A DNA stretch of 64,000 nucleotides, taken from assembly GCA_937965695.1 (NCBI GenBank), contig CALCKW010000007.1:7106-71105 (forward strand), written 5' to 3'. Below are positions 40,828 through 54,050 of this stretch, piece after piece (position 1 is the first letter of the stretch; each line of letters starts with the position of its first letter). The DNA comes from an uncultured Granulosicoccaceae bacterium (lineage in GTDB: Bacteria; Pseudomonadota; Gammaproteobacteria; CALCKW01). Under the pieces are notes generated by a model. The model saw only the letters and a program-made list of their open reading frames with translations, had not been told where the DNA came from and searched no databases. A program made the translations under genes and the position numbers.

Positions 40828-42846
40828 CTAGGCGGCTAAACCGTTGTGTCTAAGAAGAGCATCTATGTCGGGCTGCCTACCTCGGAAGTCAACGAAGTTC
40901 TGCATGGCAGGCCTAGATCCACCCTTTTCGAGCACGGCTAGCTTAAAGTGCGCACCCGCTTCCGCTGAAAAAATACCCTCTTCCTCGAAACGTGAAAAGG
41001 CATCTGCAGACAAAACTTCAGCCCATTTGTAGCTGAAATACCCAGCCCCATAGCCGCCGGCAAATATATGCATAAAACCGTGCTGAAAACGGTTTTCAGC
41101 AGGAGGATTCAACACAGAAACTTCTGCTCGCACCGCGTTGAGTTCTTCTTGCACGTCTACATCGGTCGTCGAGTTGTGTATGTTGATATCAAAAAGGCTG
41201 AATTCGAGCTGACGAACCATTTGCATACCTGCCCCAAAATTTCTTGCTGCTTGGGCACGCTCTAAAAGATCATTGGGAATCAAAGCGCCTGTTTCGTGAT
41301 GAGCTGCGATTAGATCCAAAGACTCTCGCTGCCAGCACCAATTCTCTAAGAATTGCGAGGGCAGTTCCACCGCATCCCACTCAACACCGTTGATGCCAGA
41401 TATGGCTCCAGCGTCAACGCGAGTCAACATATGGTGCAAGCCATGGCCAAACTCGTGGAATAGCGTTATGACTTCATCGTGGTTAAACAAAGCGGGCTCA
41501 TCGCCGATCGGTGGTGTTAGGTTGCAAGTCAAAAAAGCGACCGGCAACTGAATTTCATTGGTTGTGGCACTGCGGTCTACACAGCCCGCCATCCAAGCTC
41601 CAGAACGCTTGTTAGCACGAGCATACATGTCCAGATAAAACAGTCCCTGTTCTTGTCCTTGCTCGTCAAGAATGCGGAAAAGTTCAACGTCATCGTGGTA
41701 GGTCTGTGCATCTTGGACTTTTTCTATTTGAATGCCAAACAATCTTGCTGAGACTGCAAACAAACCCTCAACAGCGCGCGCTGCAGGAAAATAGGGCTTC
41801 AACTCTTCACTGCTGAAGTTGTGTTTCTGTTCGCGCAGTTTTTCAGCGTAGTAGCCTGCATCCCATGCTTGCAATTCTCCTTCTAAGCCCTGCTCCGTTG
41901 CAAATTGTTGTAGTTCTGCTAACTCTGCAGTAGCCATCGTCTTACTACGGTCTGCAAGTTTTCTCAAAAAGTCGGTCACTTGCAGCGGAGAGTCGGCCAT
42001 TTTAGTGGCGAGCGATAAATCTGCGTAGGTAGAGAAACCCAGCAACTGAGCTTTTTCACCACGTAGCTGCAAGATTTCGTCGATGACAGGTGAGTTGTCC
42101 CACTCTCCAGCATTTGGGCCTTGATCAGAGGCACGTGTACAAAAAGCCAAATAGGTATTTCGCCGTAACTCGCGATCATCTGCATAGGTCATTACAGCAA
42201 TGTACGAAGGCTGTTCCAGCGTCACAAGCCATCCACTCAAATCTTTCGCTTCTGCAGCTTGAGCCAACATTGCTTTGCTGTGTTCAGGTAGCCCCGCCAA
42301 GTCACTTTCGTTGTTAAGGTTGGTCTGCCAAGCATTTGTTGCGTCTAAGACGTTATCTTGGAACTTACTGCCTAATTCGGATTGGCGAAGGCTAATTTCT
42401 TTATAACGCGCTTTTGCCTCTCCTTCCAGTCCAACACCGGACAGCTTGAAGTCCCTTACCGCATGATCAATGACGGTTTGCTGTTCACCGTTTAATGTTT
42501 TGTAAACCTCAGGGACCTGGATCTTTAAATACTGCTGATAGAGCTTGGAATTTTGGCCTAAGTCTGTGTAAAAACTCTGCAACGTCTGCAAGCCGTTGTT
42601 GTATGCATCGCGCAATTCTTCAGAATTCATCACTGCATTTAGGTGGCTCACAGGAGACCATAAACGACCCAGTGCATCCATATGCGTAGTGAGAGGTTCT
42701 ACAAAATTGTTCCAATCAGGTGATTCAATTTCCACAAGCTTATCTATTTGGGCCTGCAGATCAGCGATCATGTCCTTTAACGAACCGGCTAATTCTGACG
42801 GTTCAACAGAGGAAAAATCGGGTAGACGACGAATTGCACTGGGCAT
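40828..42846 (-). CDS. prlC: Oligopeptidase A (M3A family)
   Basis: '[11 protein letters not shown]', '[11 protein letters not shown]', '[18 protein letters not shown]'. Confidence 0.95.
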   Translation of the reverse strand: MPSAIRRLPDFSSVEPSELAGSLKDMIADLQAQIDKLVEIESPDWNNFVEPLTTHMDALGRLWSPVSHLNAVMNSEELRDAYNNGLQTLQSFYTDLGQNSKLYQQYLKIQVPEVYKTLNGEQQTVIDHAVRDFKLSGVGLEGEAKARYKEISLRQSELGSKFQDNVLDATNAWQTNLNNESDLAGLPEHSKAMLAQAAEAKDLSGWLVTLEQPSYIAVMTYADDRELRRNTYLAFCTRASDQGPNAGEWDNSPVIDEILQLRGEKAQLLGFSTYADLSLATKMADSPLQVTDFLRKLADRSKTMATAELAELQQFATEQGLEGELQAWDAGYYAEKLREQKHNFSSEELKPYFPAARAVEGLFAVSARLFGIQIEKVQDAQTYHDDVELFRILDEQGQEQGLFYLDMYARANKRSGAWMAGCVDRSATTNEIQLPVAFLTCNLTPPIGDEPALFNHDEVITLFHEFGHGLHHMLTRVDAGAISGINGVEWDAVELPSQFLENWCWQRESLDLIAAHHETGALIPNDLLERAQAARNFGAGMQMVRQLEFSLFDINIHNSTTDVDVQEELNAVRAEVSVLNPPAENRFQHGFMHIFAGGYGAGYFSYKWAEVLSADAFSRFEEEGIFSAEAGAHFKLAVLEKGGSRPAMQNFVDFRGRQPDIDALLRHNGLAA

Positions 42847-42948
42847 GGATTGTTCCCGTTTGAAAACGGAGCTTAGTCACTCCGTGTGAGCTAATTTGAG
42901 ACAGCCGCCCCGCTTTATTTAGCAGGGCAGCTATAAGACGTTCTTGAA

Positions 42949-45372
<2,424 letters not shown>

Positions 45373-45391
45373 TTAAGGCAGGCAATCGATT

Positions 45392-45400
45392 ATTATAGCA
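45392..45400 (-). promoter_or_regulatory. Extended -10 promoter element for gyrB
   Basis: TGCTATAAT on the minus strand about 32 nt upstream of the gyrB ATG. Confidence 0.6.
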
Positions 45401-45524
45401 TCAAACAGTGCGCACGATGCGGTTTAGCTTCATCTGGAGAGCTGTTGTTCAACAGTAAATCGTGGGGTTTCTCGGACATCTTCGACAACGCGTTACTGAA
45501 GTTTATAGAGCCAATTTAATCACG

Positions 45525-45540
45525 TGTTTCACGTGAAACA
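45525..45540. promoter_or_regulatory. parS site 1 (perfect palindrome)
   Basis: TGTTTCACGTGAAACA, the ParB-binding consensus, in the recF-gyrB gap. Confidence 0.93.
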
Positions 45541-45627
45541 TTTCTTAGAAATTATTGCCTTTCTGACAAACCAAACATTACCCACACCATGTTAGTTTGA
45601 GTACAAAACAGATTTATGAAGAGTGTT

Positions 45628-46704
45628 TTAAACAGCGGAGATTTCGCCTTGTTTCACGTGAAACATCACTTTAGTGCACTCAAAATCTGGATCTAGCGTA
45701 TTTGTTCCAGTTACGAACAACTGGTGGCCTTGCGCCAATAACAATTGCGTCAATCTGCGGGTTCTTGTGTCATCCAACTCTGATTGCAGATCATCACACA
45801 ACATCAACATATGACTTTTACGACGGCGATGAAAGTCAGTCACCTGTGCCAAAGTCAACGCGTAGAGAACCAATTTTTGCTGTCCTCTCGACAGGACCTC
45901 TCTAGCAGGCTTGCCGTCTGCAAGGAGCTGGAGATCAGCTCTATGCGGTCCAACAGATGTCGTTTTGAATCGCCTGCATTGTTCGTGACGGGTGCTTAGT
46001 GTTTGCCCAAATGACTCGCCTCTACCCCATCCTTGTTGATGGCCGATACTCAACGAAATGTTGCTATCGAGAGATTCGAGTATTTCAGGTAATAAAGCGT
46101 CAATACGTTCACAGTAGTTATCGCGAGCCAATGAGATCGCGTCGCCTAGTGTTCCAAAGAGACTGTCAATTGCCTTGATTTGCTTAGTGTCCCAAGTTGT
46201 CTTAAGCAAACTATTACGCTGGGCTAACAGTCTGTTGTATTCACGCCATGGAAAAGAGACACCCTGTTCCACGTGAAACACGCCCCAATCCATATACCTT
46301 CGACGAAGTCCGGGGCTGCCGCTGACTAGTGCATGTGAATCTGGCGTCACAGACCGCAGTGGAACCAAAGTAGCTAAATCCGAGATGCGCTTTACATCAG
46401 CTTGATTGTGACGAATTTGAGTAGAGCCATCTCTAGACTTTTCGATGCCTAATGTTTGTGAAGGTTCTTTAGCGTTTAGACGAAGTGTCGCGCGAACTCG
46501 TAGTTCTGATTTATCGTATTGGATAAGGTTGCGTTGCTGCGTGCTACGAAAACTCTGCCCTGTGGCCAAAAGATGAATTGCTTCGAGGACAGAAGTCTTG
46601 CCAGAACCATTTTCTCCCGATAAATAAACAAAAGAGGCATCACTTTGCAGTGATACCTCTTTGAGAATTCGTACATTTTGAATACACAGCGATTCTAATC
46701 TCAA
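45628..46704 (-). CDS. recF: DNA replication and repair protein RecF
   Basis: Walker A 'GENGSGKTS', 'GPHRADL', 'LSRGQQK', 'DDLQSELD'; lies between dnaN and gyrB. Confidence 0.96.
   Translation of the reverse strand: MRLESLCIQNVRILKEVSLQSDASFVYLSGENGSGKTSVLEAIHLLATGQSFRSTQQRNLIQYDKSELRVRATLRLNAKEPSQTLGIEKSRDGSTQIRHNQADVKRISDLATLVPLRSVTPDSHALVSGSPGLRRRYMDWGVFHVEQGVSFPWREYNRLLAQRNSLLKTTWDTKQIKAIDSLFGTLGDAISLARDNYCERIDALLPEILESLDSNISLSIGHQQGWGRGESFGQTLSTRHEQCRRFKTTSVGPHRADLQLLADGKPAREVLSRGQQKLVLYALTLAQVTDFHRRRKSHMLMLCDDLQSELDDTRTRRLTQLLLAQGHQLFVTGTNTLDPDFECTKVMFHVKQGEISAV
45650..45665. promoter_or_regulatory. parS site 2 (inside the 3' end of recF)
   Basis: TGTTTCACGTGAAACA, overlapping the codons for MFHVKQ. 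Confidence 0.9.
46265..46280. promoter_or_regulatory. parS site 3 (inside recF)
   Basis: TGTTCCACGTGAAACA, overlapping the codons for VFHVEQ. Confidence 0.88.
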
Positions 46705-46710
46705 GCTTTC

Positions 46711-47808
46711 CTACAACCTCATCGGCATGATGACATATTTATGATTTTCGGTTCCTGCTGCAGTGACGAGACAGCTACTGTTCCCATCACTGAGCTTCAA
46801 TGATACTTCGTCACCTTCAATAGCGCCCAAAACATCAATGACGTATCCCACGTTGAAACCGATTTCTATATTTGGTCCAGTGTATTCGATAGCCAACTCT
46901 TCTTCAGCTTCTTCTTGTTCTGGGTTATTTGTTTGAATTTTAACCTGACCAGCTTGAAACTCTAATCGAACGCCTTTGTATTTTTCATTCGCCAAAATAG
47001 CGACCCTAGACAAAGCCTGCCTAAGCGTGCCTTTGTCCACCAACGCGACATGGCCTTCTCCACTCGGTATAACGCGATTGTAGTCTGGGAAACGACCATC
47101 TATTAATTTTGAAGTAAACCGTAAGCTTCCCATTTGGAATTGAATGTGATTATCGGTCATCGCTACTTCGACATCAGGTGTTCCAACGTCCAACAACCTG
47201 ATTAATTCACTGACACCTTTGCGAGGAATAATGGCCTGTCTATTTTCAACGCCTGCCTCAGTTTTTGCTTCCGAAAACGATAAGCGATGCCCGTCTGTGG
47301 TTATTGCCTTAACCGAATCGGCGCTGATTTCAAGTAATAGGCCGTTTAAGTAATAACGAACATCTTGTTGAGCCATTGAAAAAGCTGTTTTTGCTAAAGC
47401 ACCAGACAAAGCACTACAACCCAGCTGAAATTTAACAGCAGACTGCAGTTCTTCAGTTTTGGGAAACTGGTTTGCAGGGAGCGTGGCTAAGTTAAACCGA
47501 CTTCGTCCCGAACGAACTAATGCTTTTCCGTCACTGACTTCAATGTTTATATCAGATCCTTCAGCCAGGGTTTTGCAAATATCAAACAATTTGCGTGCTG
47601 GCAGAGCTGCTTCGCCTTCTACATCGATACTGGCAGCAATACTGTCGTTTAACTCGATCTCAGTGTCTGTTGCCGTCAGGTTTAAAATGCTGTTCTCAGC
47701 GTTAATTAGCACATTGCCCAATATAGCCAGAGTGTTGCGTCGTTCTACTGCGCCAATTACGCGCTGTAGCGGTTGAAGTAGCTCTTCACGCGATAGGCTG
47801 AACTTCAT
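46711..47808 (-). CDS. dnaN: DNA polymerase III beta sliding clamp
   Basis: 'TATDTEIE', 'QQDVRYYLNG', 'TDGHRL', 'DGRFPDY', 'VIMPMRL'. Confidence 0.99.
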   Translation of the reverse strand: MKFSLSREELLQPLQRVIGAVERRNTLAILGNVLINAENSILNLTATDTEIELNDSIAASIDVEGEAALPARKLFDICKTLAEGSDINIEVSDGKALVRSGRSRFNLATLPANQFPKTEELQSAVKFQLGCSALSGALAKTAFSMAQQDVRYYLNGLLLEISADSVKAITTDGHRLSFSEAKTEAGVENRQAIIPRKGVSELIRLLDVGTPDVEVAMTDNHIQFQMGSLRFTSKLIDGRFPDYNRVIPSGEGHVALVDKGTLRQALSRVAILANEKYKGVRLEFQAGQVKIQTNNPEQEEAEEELAIEYTGPNIEIGFNVGYVIDVLGAIEGDEVSLKLSDGNSSCLVTAAGTENHKYVIMPMRL

Positions 47809-48053
47809 ACTATATATATCCTTTATATTTTAAAGATTTTTTATTACTACTATTACTAGTCCTGTGCATAAGTGTACAAGTCAAATAAAAGCAATACTAT
47901 CAAAGACCTATAAAGCCTTTGTCGGTGTACAAATGCTCTACTAAGTGAGCAGTTATACTGTTGATCATATGTGTATAACTTTGTGCACTCACTTATGCGC
48001 AGACTTCTACAGTCGTTATCCACAGGATTTAAAAGTCGCTTTTTAGCAACTCA
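47809..48053. other. Putative replication origin oriC (dnaA-dnaN intergenic)
   Basis: AT-rich tract 47809-47850, trinucleotide run ttattactactattactag, DnaA boxes TGTGCATAA 47863, TGTGTATAA 47970, TTATCCACA 48016 plus degenerate boxes. Confidence 0.8.
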
Positions 48054-49484
48054 TCATCCTTCTAGTGCTCTTACCAGCATCAGGTAATCTTCGTTCAATC
48101 GAGTTTCAGTTTCTCGCAACTTGTCAATAGTGCGACAGGCATGCATGACCGTGGTGTGGTCGCGGCCGCCAAAGGCGTCCCCTATTTCAGGCAAGCTATG
48201 GGTTGTCATTTCCTTGGTCAGTGCCATTGCAACCTGTCTTGGTCTAGCTATGGAGCGTGTACGTTTCTTCGAGAGCATCTCTTTTGAAGAGAGTTTGTAG
48301 TATTCACACACGGTTTTTTGTATGTTCTCTATGGTGATCTGCTTGTCTTGTACAGAGATCAGATCACGTAAGGCCTCTCTGGTGAATTCGACCGTTATCG
48401 CTTTAGCTGAGAATTGTGACTCAGCAATGACTCGTCTCAGAGCACCTTCTAATTCTCGTACATTGGAGCGCACTCTTTTACCAATAAAAAAGGCTACATC
48501 TGTGGGTAACTCGACACCCGATTGTTCGGCTTTACTGTGTAATATTGCAACTCTGGTTTCTAGCTCTGGAGGGTCTATACAGACTGTCAGTCCCCAACCA
48601 AATCGAGATTTTAATCGGTCCTCCAATCCCTCCACATCTTTGGGGTAGCGGTCACAAGTAAATATCATCTGTTGCTTGCCTTCCATCAGGGAGTTGAAAT
48701 TGTGAAAAAATTCTTCCTGGGACTTAGCCTTGTCTGCAAAAAATTGAATGTCATCGACCAGCAGTACATCAAGCGAACGGTAAAACTGTTTGAATTCATT
48801 AATGGTGTTGCGCTGCATTGATCTAACCATCTCTCGAACGTATTTCTCGGAGTGGAGATAGGCAATACGTGCGTTGGGCTTGGCGGCCAAAATAGTATTA
48901 CCCACAGCATGCATAAGATGGGTTTTACCTAGACCGACGCCACCGTAAATAAAGAGAGGGTTGTAACCAGTGCCAGGGTTTTCTGAAATTTGCAAAGCAG
49001 CTGCACGACCGAAGTGATTGGATTTACCTTCCACAAAAGTTTCAAAAGTGAAATGCGGGTTGAGATTTGAATCGAAGCTGCTGTCGAGTATCTCAATGTG
49101 TTGTTCCTCTTCCGGTTTTTTCGGAAAAGAAACGGCCTCGTCGCCAGCAATGGCCATTCTGCGTTTCGCAGGCGTAGGTCGAGCAGTCGCCTTTAAAGTG
49201 TTGTGTGTTGCAGCAGCCTTGTTTTCCAAAACCACAGCTGTATCACTGCCTATCACTAAAAAAACACCTCGAGTTCTGTCCGAATCGAGTTCTGCAAGTA
49301 TTTCCTCAATTCTAGAGAGATATTTTTGACGCACACATTCAAGCACAAACCGATTGGGTGCGAGTAATCGCAACGCCATATCAGTCTCTTGAAGCTGCAG
49401 TGGTCTAACCCATGTGTTCAGCTGCTTCACAGGTAATTCCTGCTCCAGCAAATCAAGGCAGTTGCTCCAGAGTGTTGAATTCAA
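48054..49484 (-). CDS. dnaA: Chromosomal replication initiator DnaA
   Basis: 'NPLFIYGGVGLGKTHL', 'DDIQF', 'RLKSRFGWG', 'GGRDHTTVMH'; TTG start at 49484 behind GAGGGG is likely. Confidence 0.98.
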   Translation of the reverse strand: MNSTLWSNCLDLLEQELPVKQLNTWVRPLQLQETDMALRLLAPNRFVLECVRQKYLSRIEEILAELDSDRTRGVFLVIGSDTAVVLENKAAATHNTLKATARPTPAKRRMAIAGDEAVSFPKKPEEEQHIEILDSSFDSNLNPHFTFETFVEGKSNHFGRAAALQISENPGTGYNPLFIYGGVGLGKTHLMHAVGNTILAAKPNARIAYLHSEKYVREMVRSMQRNTINEFKQFYRSLDVLLVDDIQFFADKAKSQEEFFHNFNSLMEGKQQMIFTCDRYPKDVEGLEDRLKSRFGWGLTVCIDPPELETRVAILHSKAEQSGVELPTDVAFFIGKRVRSNVRELEGALRRVIAESQFSAKAITVEFTREALRDLISVQDKQITIENIQKTVCEYYKLSSKEMLSKKRTRSIARPRQVAMALTKEMTTHSLPEIGDAFGGRDHTTVMHACRTIDKLRETETRLNEDYLMLVRALEG

Positions 49485-49855
49485 ATGGCCCCCTCTAGTC
49501 ATGTCTATCGATTGATGCAGCACCACAGAACCGTCTACTGGAAACCACAATAAAATGGCAGGAGATTCTGAGGCTACGCAAGATAACGTTCGCAGGTGAC
49601 GCGGAAGGCTCGCAGAAATCACTTGTCTATTTCAGTCCGAGGAACTACCCCGAGCCGCGGAGAGCTACTGTAACGACTCAAGAAATGAAATCGTCAAGGG
49701 TACTTCCGCAAAGGATAAGAGCTAAGCGGTTTTTGCTGCCTTTAAAGAACGCGACGTGCAGGTAATTTAGGCCTAAATCGCGTTTTTCATAGCAAACTAA
49801 AATTTATCTGCTACCGGATTTAAGCGGACTGCTAGTCTAGCGCGAAGATAGAAAG

Positions 49856-49926
49856 TTATCCACAGGCAATGGCAAGCTATTTTTCGTGAATACATATTGA
49901 CTGTTAGACAATGTATGCAGTAAGCT
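49856..49926 (+). promoter_or_regulatory. DnaA box and sigma70-like promoter in the dnaA-rpmH divergent region
   Basis: TTATCCACA at 49856-49864; TTGACT(49897)-N18-TAAGCT(49921) upstream of rpmH. Confidence 0.65.
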
Positions 49927-49961
49927 TGTCGGCTTGGCCAAATTGTCTGAGTTAGACTCCC

Positions 49962-50099
49962 ATGAAAAGAACATTTCAGCCCAACGTCTTGCGCCGCAAG
50001 CGTACACACGGTTTTCGCGCACGCATGGCTACCCGAGGTGGTCGCGCAGTTATTCGCGCTCGTCGCGCTAAAGGTCGCAAGCGTCTCGCTCCGTCCTGA
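49962..50099 (+). CDS. rpmH: 50S ribosomal protein L34
   Basis: Translated by hand: [45 protein letters not shown] (not in the ORF track). Confidence 0.98.
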   Translation: MKRTFQPNVLRRKRTHGFRARMATRGGRAVIRARRAKGRKRLAPS

Positions 50100-50107
50100 T
50101 TTTCCCT

Positions 50108-50506
50108 GTGAGCGCAAGCAGTGACAGCTGCGGCTCGTTTGCGTTCACGCGGGAACAGCGACTGCTTTCCCCAGCTCAGTACAAGCATGTTCTGAGCAGC
50201 GGCAAGCGCGTCTCTGGTAAATACTTTCGCTTGTGCGGTGCTCCACGCGCTGATCGGCAAGCGGGTGCACGTCTGGGTTTGACGATAGCGAAACGGTCTG
50301 TCAAAAGATCTGTTGATAGAAATCGCGTCAAACGTTTGGCGAGAGAGAGCTTCCGACACCAACAAGGTAATATGCCTGCTGTCGATGTGGTAGTGTTCGC
50401 CAATCCCTCGGTTGTAGGGGCAGATCTTGCGGATATGCGCCGTCATTTGGATCGCCAATGGCTTCAGCTGTGTCGAAAATTTGTACCCTCCTCAAAAAGC
50501 TCGTGA
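50108..50506 (+). CDS. rnpA: Ribonuclease P protein component
   Basis: 'FTREQRLL', '[10 protein letters not shown]', RNR motif '[15 protein letters not shown]'. Confidence 0.95.
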   Translation: MSASSDSCGSFAFTREQRLLSPAQYKHVLSSGKRVSGKYFRLCGAPRADRQAGARLGLTIAKRSVKRSVDRNRVKRLARESFRHQQGNMPAVDVVVFANPSVVGADLADMRRHLDRQWLQLCRKFVPSSKSS

Positions 50507-50727
50507 TCGGTCTGGTCCGGGTGTATCAGTGGTGCATCAGTCCTTTTTTACCGCGCAGTTGTCGTTACTGGCCCACCTGTTCAAACTATGCCGTTGAAGC
50601 TATTGCCGTTCATGGTGTATTTCGTGGCGGTATCATGGCTGCAAAGCGCATAGGTCGTTGTAATCCCTGGTCTGCTGGCGGTATAGATCCCGTCCCTGAA
50701 AGACACGACCCGGACATCATTCACTAA
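50458..50727 (+). CDS. yidD: Membrane protein insertion efficiency factor YidD
   Basis: '[18 protein letters not shown]...[15 protein letters not shown]'. Confidence 0.95.
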   Translation: MASAVSKICTLLKKLVIGLVRVYQWCISPFLPRSCRYWPTCSNYAVEAIAVHGVFRGGIMAAKRIGRCNPWSAGGIDPVPERHDPDIIH

Positions 50728-50747
50728 CGAGTTAGCACCAATTTCTT

Positions 50748-52418
50748 ATGGACAACCAACGTCTGTTTTTATACCTCGGATTAGGCTTTTTGATCATGCT
50801 GATTTGGCAGACATGGCAAATTGACTATGTCTACGCCCCCCAACAAGCCGCCGAAAGGCTTGCCAATCCAGCTCAAAATCAAGCGAGTGGTGATATCAGC
50901 TCCACGAGCGATGGTGCTGTACCTACTGTTGCGCCTTCTGGTCAGCAAATCGTTCAAAATGAAGCCTCTGCCACCGCCAAGAGTGTCAATATTTCAACAG
51001 ATACGTTTGAGATAACGCTCAATAGCCAGGGTGCCGATTTGGCGAATATCGATTTGCCACTGTATCCCGTGTCACTGGAAGAAAAAGATTCCCCCATCAG
51101 GTTGGTCGGCCCGACGAACGATCGTTACATGGGTATTCAGACTGGATTGCAGAGTAGCGAAGGTAGCGCTCCAAACCATTTAGCGCAATATGCTCTCAGT
51201 GAAGAAAGCTACTCCTTACAAGATGGTCTGAACACGCTTCAAGTCGACGCACAGTGGTCTGATGCAGGCATTGACGTGGTTAAGTCGTGGTTTTTTAATC
51301 GCGCTGCTTATGACTATAAAGTGCGGTTCACGGTCACCAACAATAGCCAAAGTGTCTGGACTGGTTGGCAATATCGTCAACTGCAGCGTTCTGAGGTGGC
51401 TGATTCTGAGACTTCGACGGGAATGGCTACTTACACGGGGGGCGTGATCAGCTCTCCAGAAGACATTTACGAAAAAATTGCACTGGATGACATTGCTGAT
51501 GCACCGCTTAAGCGCACAGTCGCTGGTGGTTGGGCCGCAATGATTCAACACTACTTCGCCAATGCTGTCGTGCCGTCTCAAGAAGAAGAAAATACTTTTT
51601 ATACTCGTTACTGGGCAGAGCGTGATCGCTATATTCTAGGACTTAGCTCCACCCCTGTATCTCTACAACCCGGTGAATCTCATACTTTTGAGACGGTTTT
51701 TTATGTCGGTCCAAAACTTCAGGACGATATGGAAAAACTCGCGCCTAACCTCCGCCTGACGGTCGACTATGGCTATTTGACCTTTTTGGCACAACCCCTA
51801 TTCTGGCTCATCAACAAAATTCACGGTGTGGTCAATAACTGGGGTTGGTCGATCATCCTACTAACGTTGGTGGTTAAGGGTATTTTTTATAAGCTGTCTG
51901 AAATGGGCTATAAATCGATGGCTCGCATGAAAAAATTGCAGCCAAAAATGGAAGAGCTTAAAAGCCGACACGGTGATGACCGAGAAGCCATGGGTCGGGC
52001 TACCATGGAACTGTATAAAAAAGAAAAGGTTAATCCGCTTGGCAGCTGTTTCCCTATGTTGCTGCAAATACCTGTTTTTATTGCACTTTATTGGACACTG
52101 ATGGAAAGTGTCGAGCTGCGCCAAGCTCCTTGGATTGGTTGGATCACGGATCTATCTGTTATGGATCCGTACTACATTCTTCCAGTCCTGATGGGAGCAA
52201 GTATGTTTATTCAGCAACGCCTCAATCCGGCACCAGTGGATCCTATCCAGCAGAAGATATTCATGTTTATGCCTTTGATATTCACCGTTTTCTTCGCTTT
52301 CTTTCCGTCTGGGTTAGTTCTTTACTGGATTACAAATAACGTCCTGTCCATTGCTCAGCAGTGGTACATCACGCGTATCGTTATTGGTGTGGATAGTGCG
52401 CCAGTCAAAAAGGACTGA
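50748..52418 (+). CDS. yidC: Membrane protein insertase YidC
   Basis: 'MDNQRL', 'VDYGYL', 'NWGWSIILLT', 'LYKKEKVNPLGSCFP', 'GLVLYW'. Confidence 0.98.
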   Translation: MDNQRLFLYLGLGFLIMLIWQTWQIDYVYAPQQAAERLANPAQNQASGDISSTSDGAVPTVAPSGQQIVQNEASATAKSVNISTDTFEITLNSQGADLANIDLPLYPVSLEEKDSPIRLVGPTNDRYMGIQTGLQSSEGSAPNHLAQYALSEESYSLQDGLNTLQVDAQWSDAGIDVVKSWFFNRAAYDYKVRFTVTNNSQSVWTGWQYRQLQRSEVADSETSTGMATYTGGVISSPEDIYEKIALDDIADAPLKRTVAGGWAAMIQHYFANAVVPSQEEENTFYTRYWAERDRYILGLSSTPVSLQPGESHTFETVFYVGPKLQDDMEKLAPNLRLTVDYGYLTFLAQPLFWLINKIHGVVNNWGWSIILLTLVVKGIFYKLSEMGYKSMARMKKLQPKMEELKSRHGDDREAMGRATMELYKKEKVNPLGSCFPMLLQIPVFIALYWTLMESVELRQAPWIGWITDLSVMDPYYILPVLMGASMFIQQRLNPAPVDPIQQKIFMFMPLIFTVFFAFFPSGLVLYWITNNVLSIAQQWYITRIVIGVDSAPVKKD

Positions 52419-53796
52419 TCTGCTCCCGTCAGATCTGAATGAATTAGAAGCTCACGGCGACACGATAGTCGCCGTGGCCACTGCCCCAGGACGTGGTGGA
52501 ATCGGCATTGTCCGTCTTAGCGGTCCTCTGTCGCTGCTGATTGCAGAGCAAGTTTGTCAACGAAGCTTGCCACCACGAACGGCTACCCTCGCCTACTTTC
52601 ACGATCACAACGATCAACAATTAGATCAAGGTATCGCCCTCTTTTTTCCTGCACCGGGTTCTTTCACCGGTGAAGCGGTTGTCGAGCTTCAAGGTCACGG
52701 CGGTCCAGTAATTTTGGATGCGGTCGTGGAAGCGTGTCTCGGCTTCGGGGCCAGGAAAGCGAGGCCTGGTGAGTTTAGTGAGCGCGCCTTTATCAATGAT
52801 AAATTGGATTTAGCTCAGGCAGAGGCTGTTGCGGACTTGATTGCAGCCTCAACTCGGGGTGCAGCTCGTTCCGCACTGCGGTCACTACAAGGTGATTTCT
52901 CAAAACGAATCAGTAGCTTACAAAATTCTTTAACCCGATTTCGAGTACAGGTGGAAGCGGCTTTAGATTTCCCTGACGAAGACATAGATCTAATTGCTGA
53001 GGGTGCGTTAGATGGCGATTTTGACCATTTAACCGACGAATTAACTGAACTTTTGTCGGAAACAAAGCGAGGCGCCCTGCTTCGAGACGGCGCAGTTGTC
53101 GTGCTCGCTGGTCAACCGAATGCCGGTAAAAGCAGTCTGTTAAATTGCCTAGCAGGCGATGAATTGGCCATTGTGACAGAGATTGCGGGTACAACACGGG
53201 ACTCATTAAGTCACCATGTACAAATAGGAGATTTGGCTGTAGAGCTCGTTGATACCGCCGGTCTTCGTGAAACACAAGATCCTATTGAACAAGAAGGTGT
53301 AAGACGCGCAAGACAGCGAATAGAGCGTGCCGATGCCCTGCTTTTAGTCGTCGATAGTCATCTTGGTTTTAATGAGCGAGATCAGGCTTTGTTAAATGAA
53401 TTTGGGGACCTTCCGAGGCTACTAGTTCTAAATAAAGCAGACTTATCCACAGCAGAGAGCCCCGATATTGATTGCGTGAGTTGTTTGATTTCTGCGAAAA
53501 AACAGATAGGTATCAAAGAGTTAGAGAAAGAGATAGGTTCTTTGTTAGGTTTGAATAAGGAATTTGAAGGTACTTTTTCAGCACGACAGCGTCATGTGGA
53601 TTGTTTGTGGAAAACTCAGCAACACATATCCACAGCCCGGGATTGGCTAGATGCTGGCCGTCGCGGAGCGGTCTGTGGTGAGTTTCTAGCCGAGGAGCTT
53701 CGTTTAGGGCAAGAGTGTTTGTCGGGTGTGACAGGCGAATTTGCAGCAGATGATTTGTTAGGGGAAATATTTGGTAGTTTTTGCATCGGAAAGTAG
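52396..53796 (+). CDS. mnmE: tRNA modification GTPase MnmE (TrmE); start uncertain
   Basis: 'DTIVAVATAPGRGGIGIVRLSG', 'GQPNAGKSSL', 'GTTRD', 'DTAG', 'NKAD', C-terminal 'FCIGK'. Confidence 0.97.
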   Translation: MRQSKRTDLLPSDLNELEAHGDTIVAVATAPGRGGIGIVRLSGPLSLLIAEQVCQRSLPPRTATLAYFHDHNDQQLDQGIALFFPAPGSFTGEAVVELQGHGGPVILDAVVEACLGFGARKARPGEFSERAFINDKLDLAQAEAVADLIAASTRGAARSALRSLQGDFSKRISSLQNSLTRFRVQVEAALDFPDEDIDLIAEGALDGDFDHLTDELTELLSETKRGALLRDGAVVVLAGQPNAGKSSLLNCLAGDELAIVTEIAGTTRDSLSHHVQIGDLAVELVDTAGLRETQDPIEQEGVRRARQRIERADALLLVVDSHLGFNERDQALLNEFGDLPRLLVLNKADLSTAESPDIDCVSCLISAKKQIGIKELEKEIGSLLGLNKEFEGTFSARQRHVDCLWKTQQHISTARDWLDAGRRGAVCGEFLAEELRLGQECLSGVTGEFAADDLLGEIFGSFCIGK

Positions 53797-53978
53797 GGCG
53801 CAAGCGACTCCTATACATTGCCTTTTAAATTCAAATCGAAAAAATCAGTGCCTTGAATGAAGTAGGGTGACCTCCTAATAGGAGCAATTCACTTAACCGC
53901 AGCTGCACTATTACAATACCGTGGTTCCATAGTTGGCATAAATGCTAAGAATGTTCTGGATTTACCGGAAAAATGGAC

Positions 53979-54004
53979 GATAGCGGCAATTAAATGCCGC
54001 TATC
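53979..54004. terminator. Hairpin between convergent mnmE and MBL genes
   Basis: gatagcggca-attaaa-tgccgctatc, a perfect 10-bp stem. Confidence 0.6.
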
Positions 54005-54050
54005 CACTTTACAAATACATAAAATTTGACGCAAAAAAGATTTAGCAATT

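Noticed and set aside
49485-49622. Long N-terminal extensions given by the ORF track for dnaA (also ubiE, DUF484, IclR, MBL nuclease, Hsp20, parB, atpB)
   Set aside because: Family homology starts downstream, where better RBS/start pairs or stop-start overlaps exist.
53443-53451. Perfect DnaA boxes inside mnmE (53443) and gyrB (45218)
   Set aside because: They are isolated and within coding sequence; the gyrB one is explained by the conserved VVDNS codons.
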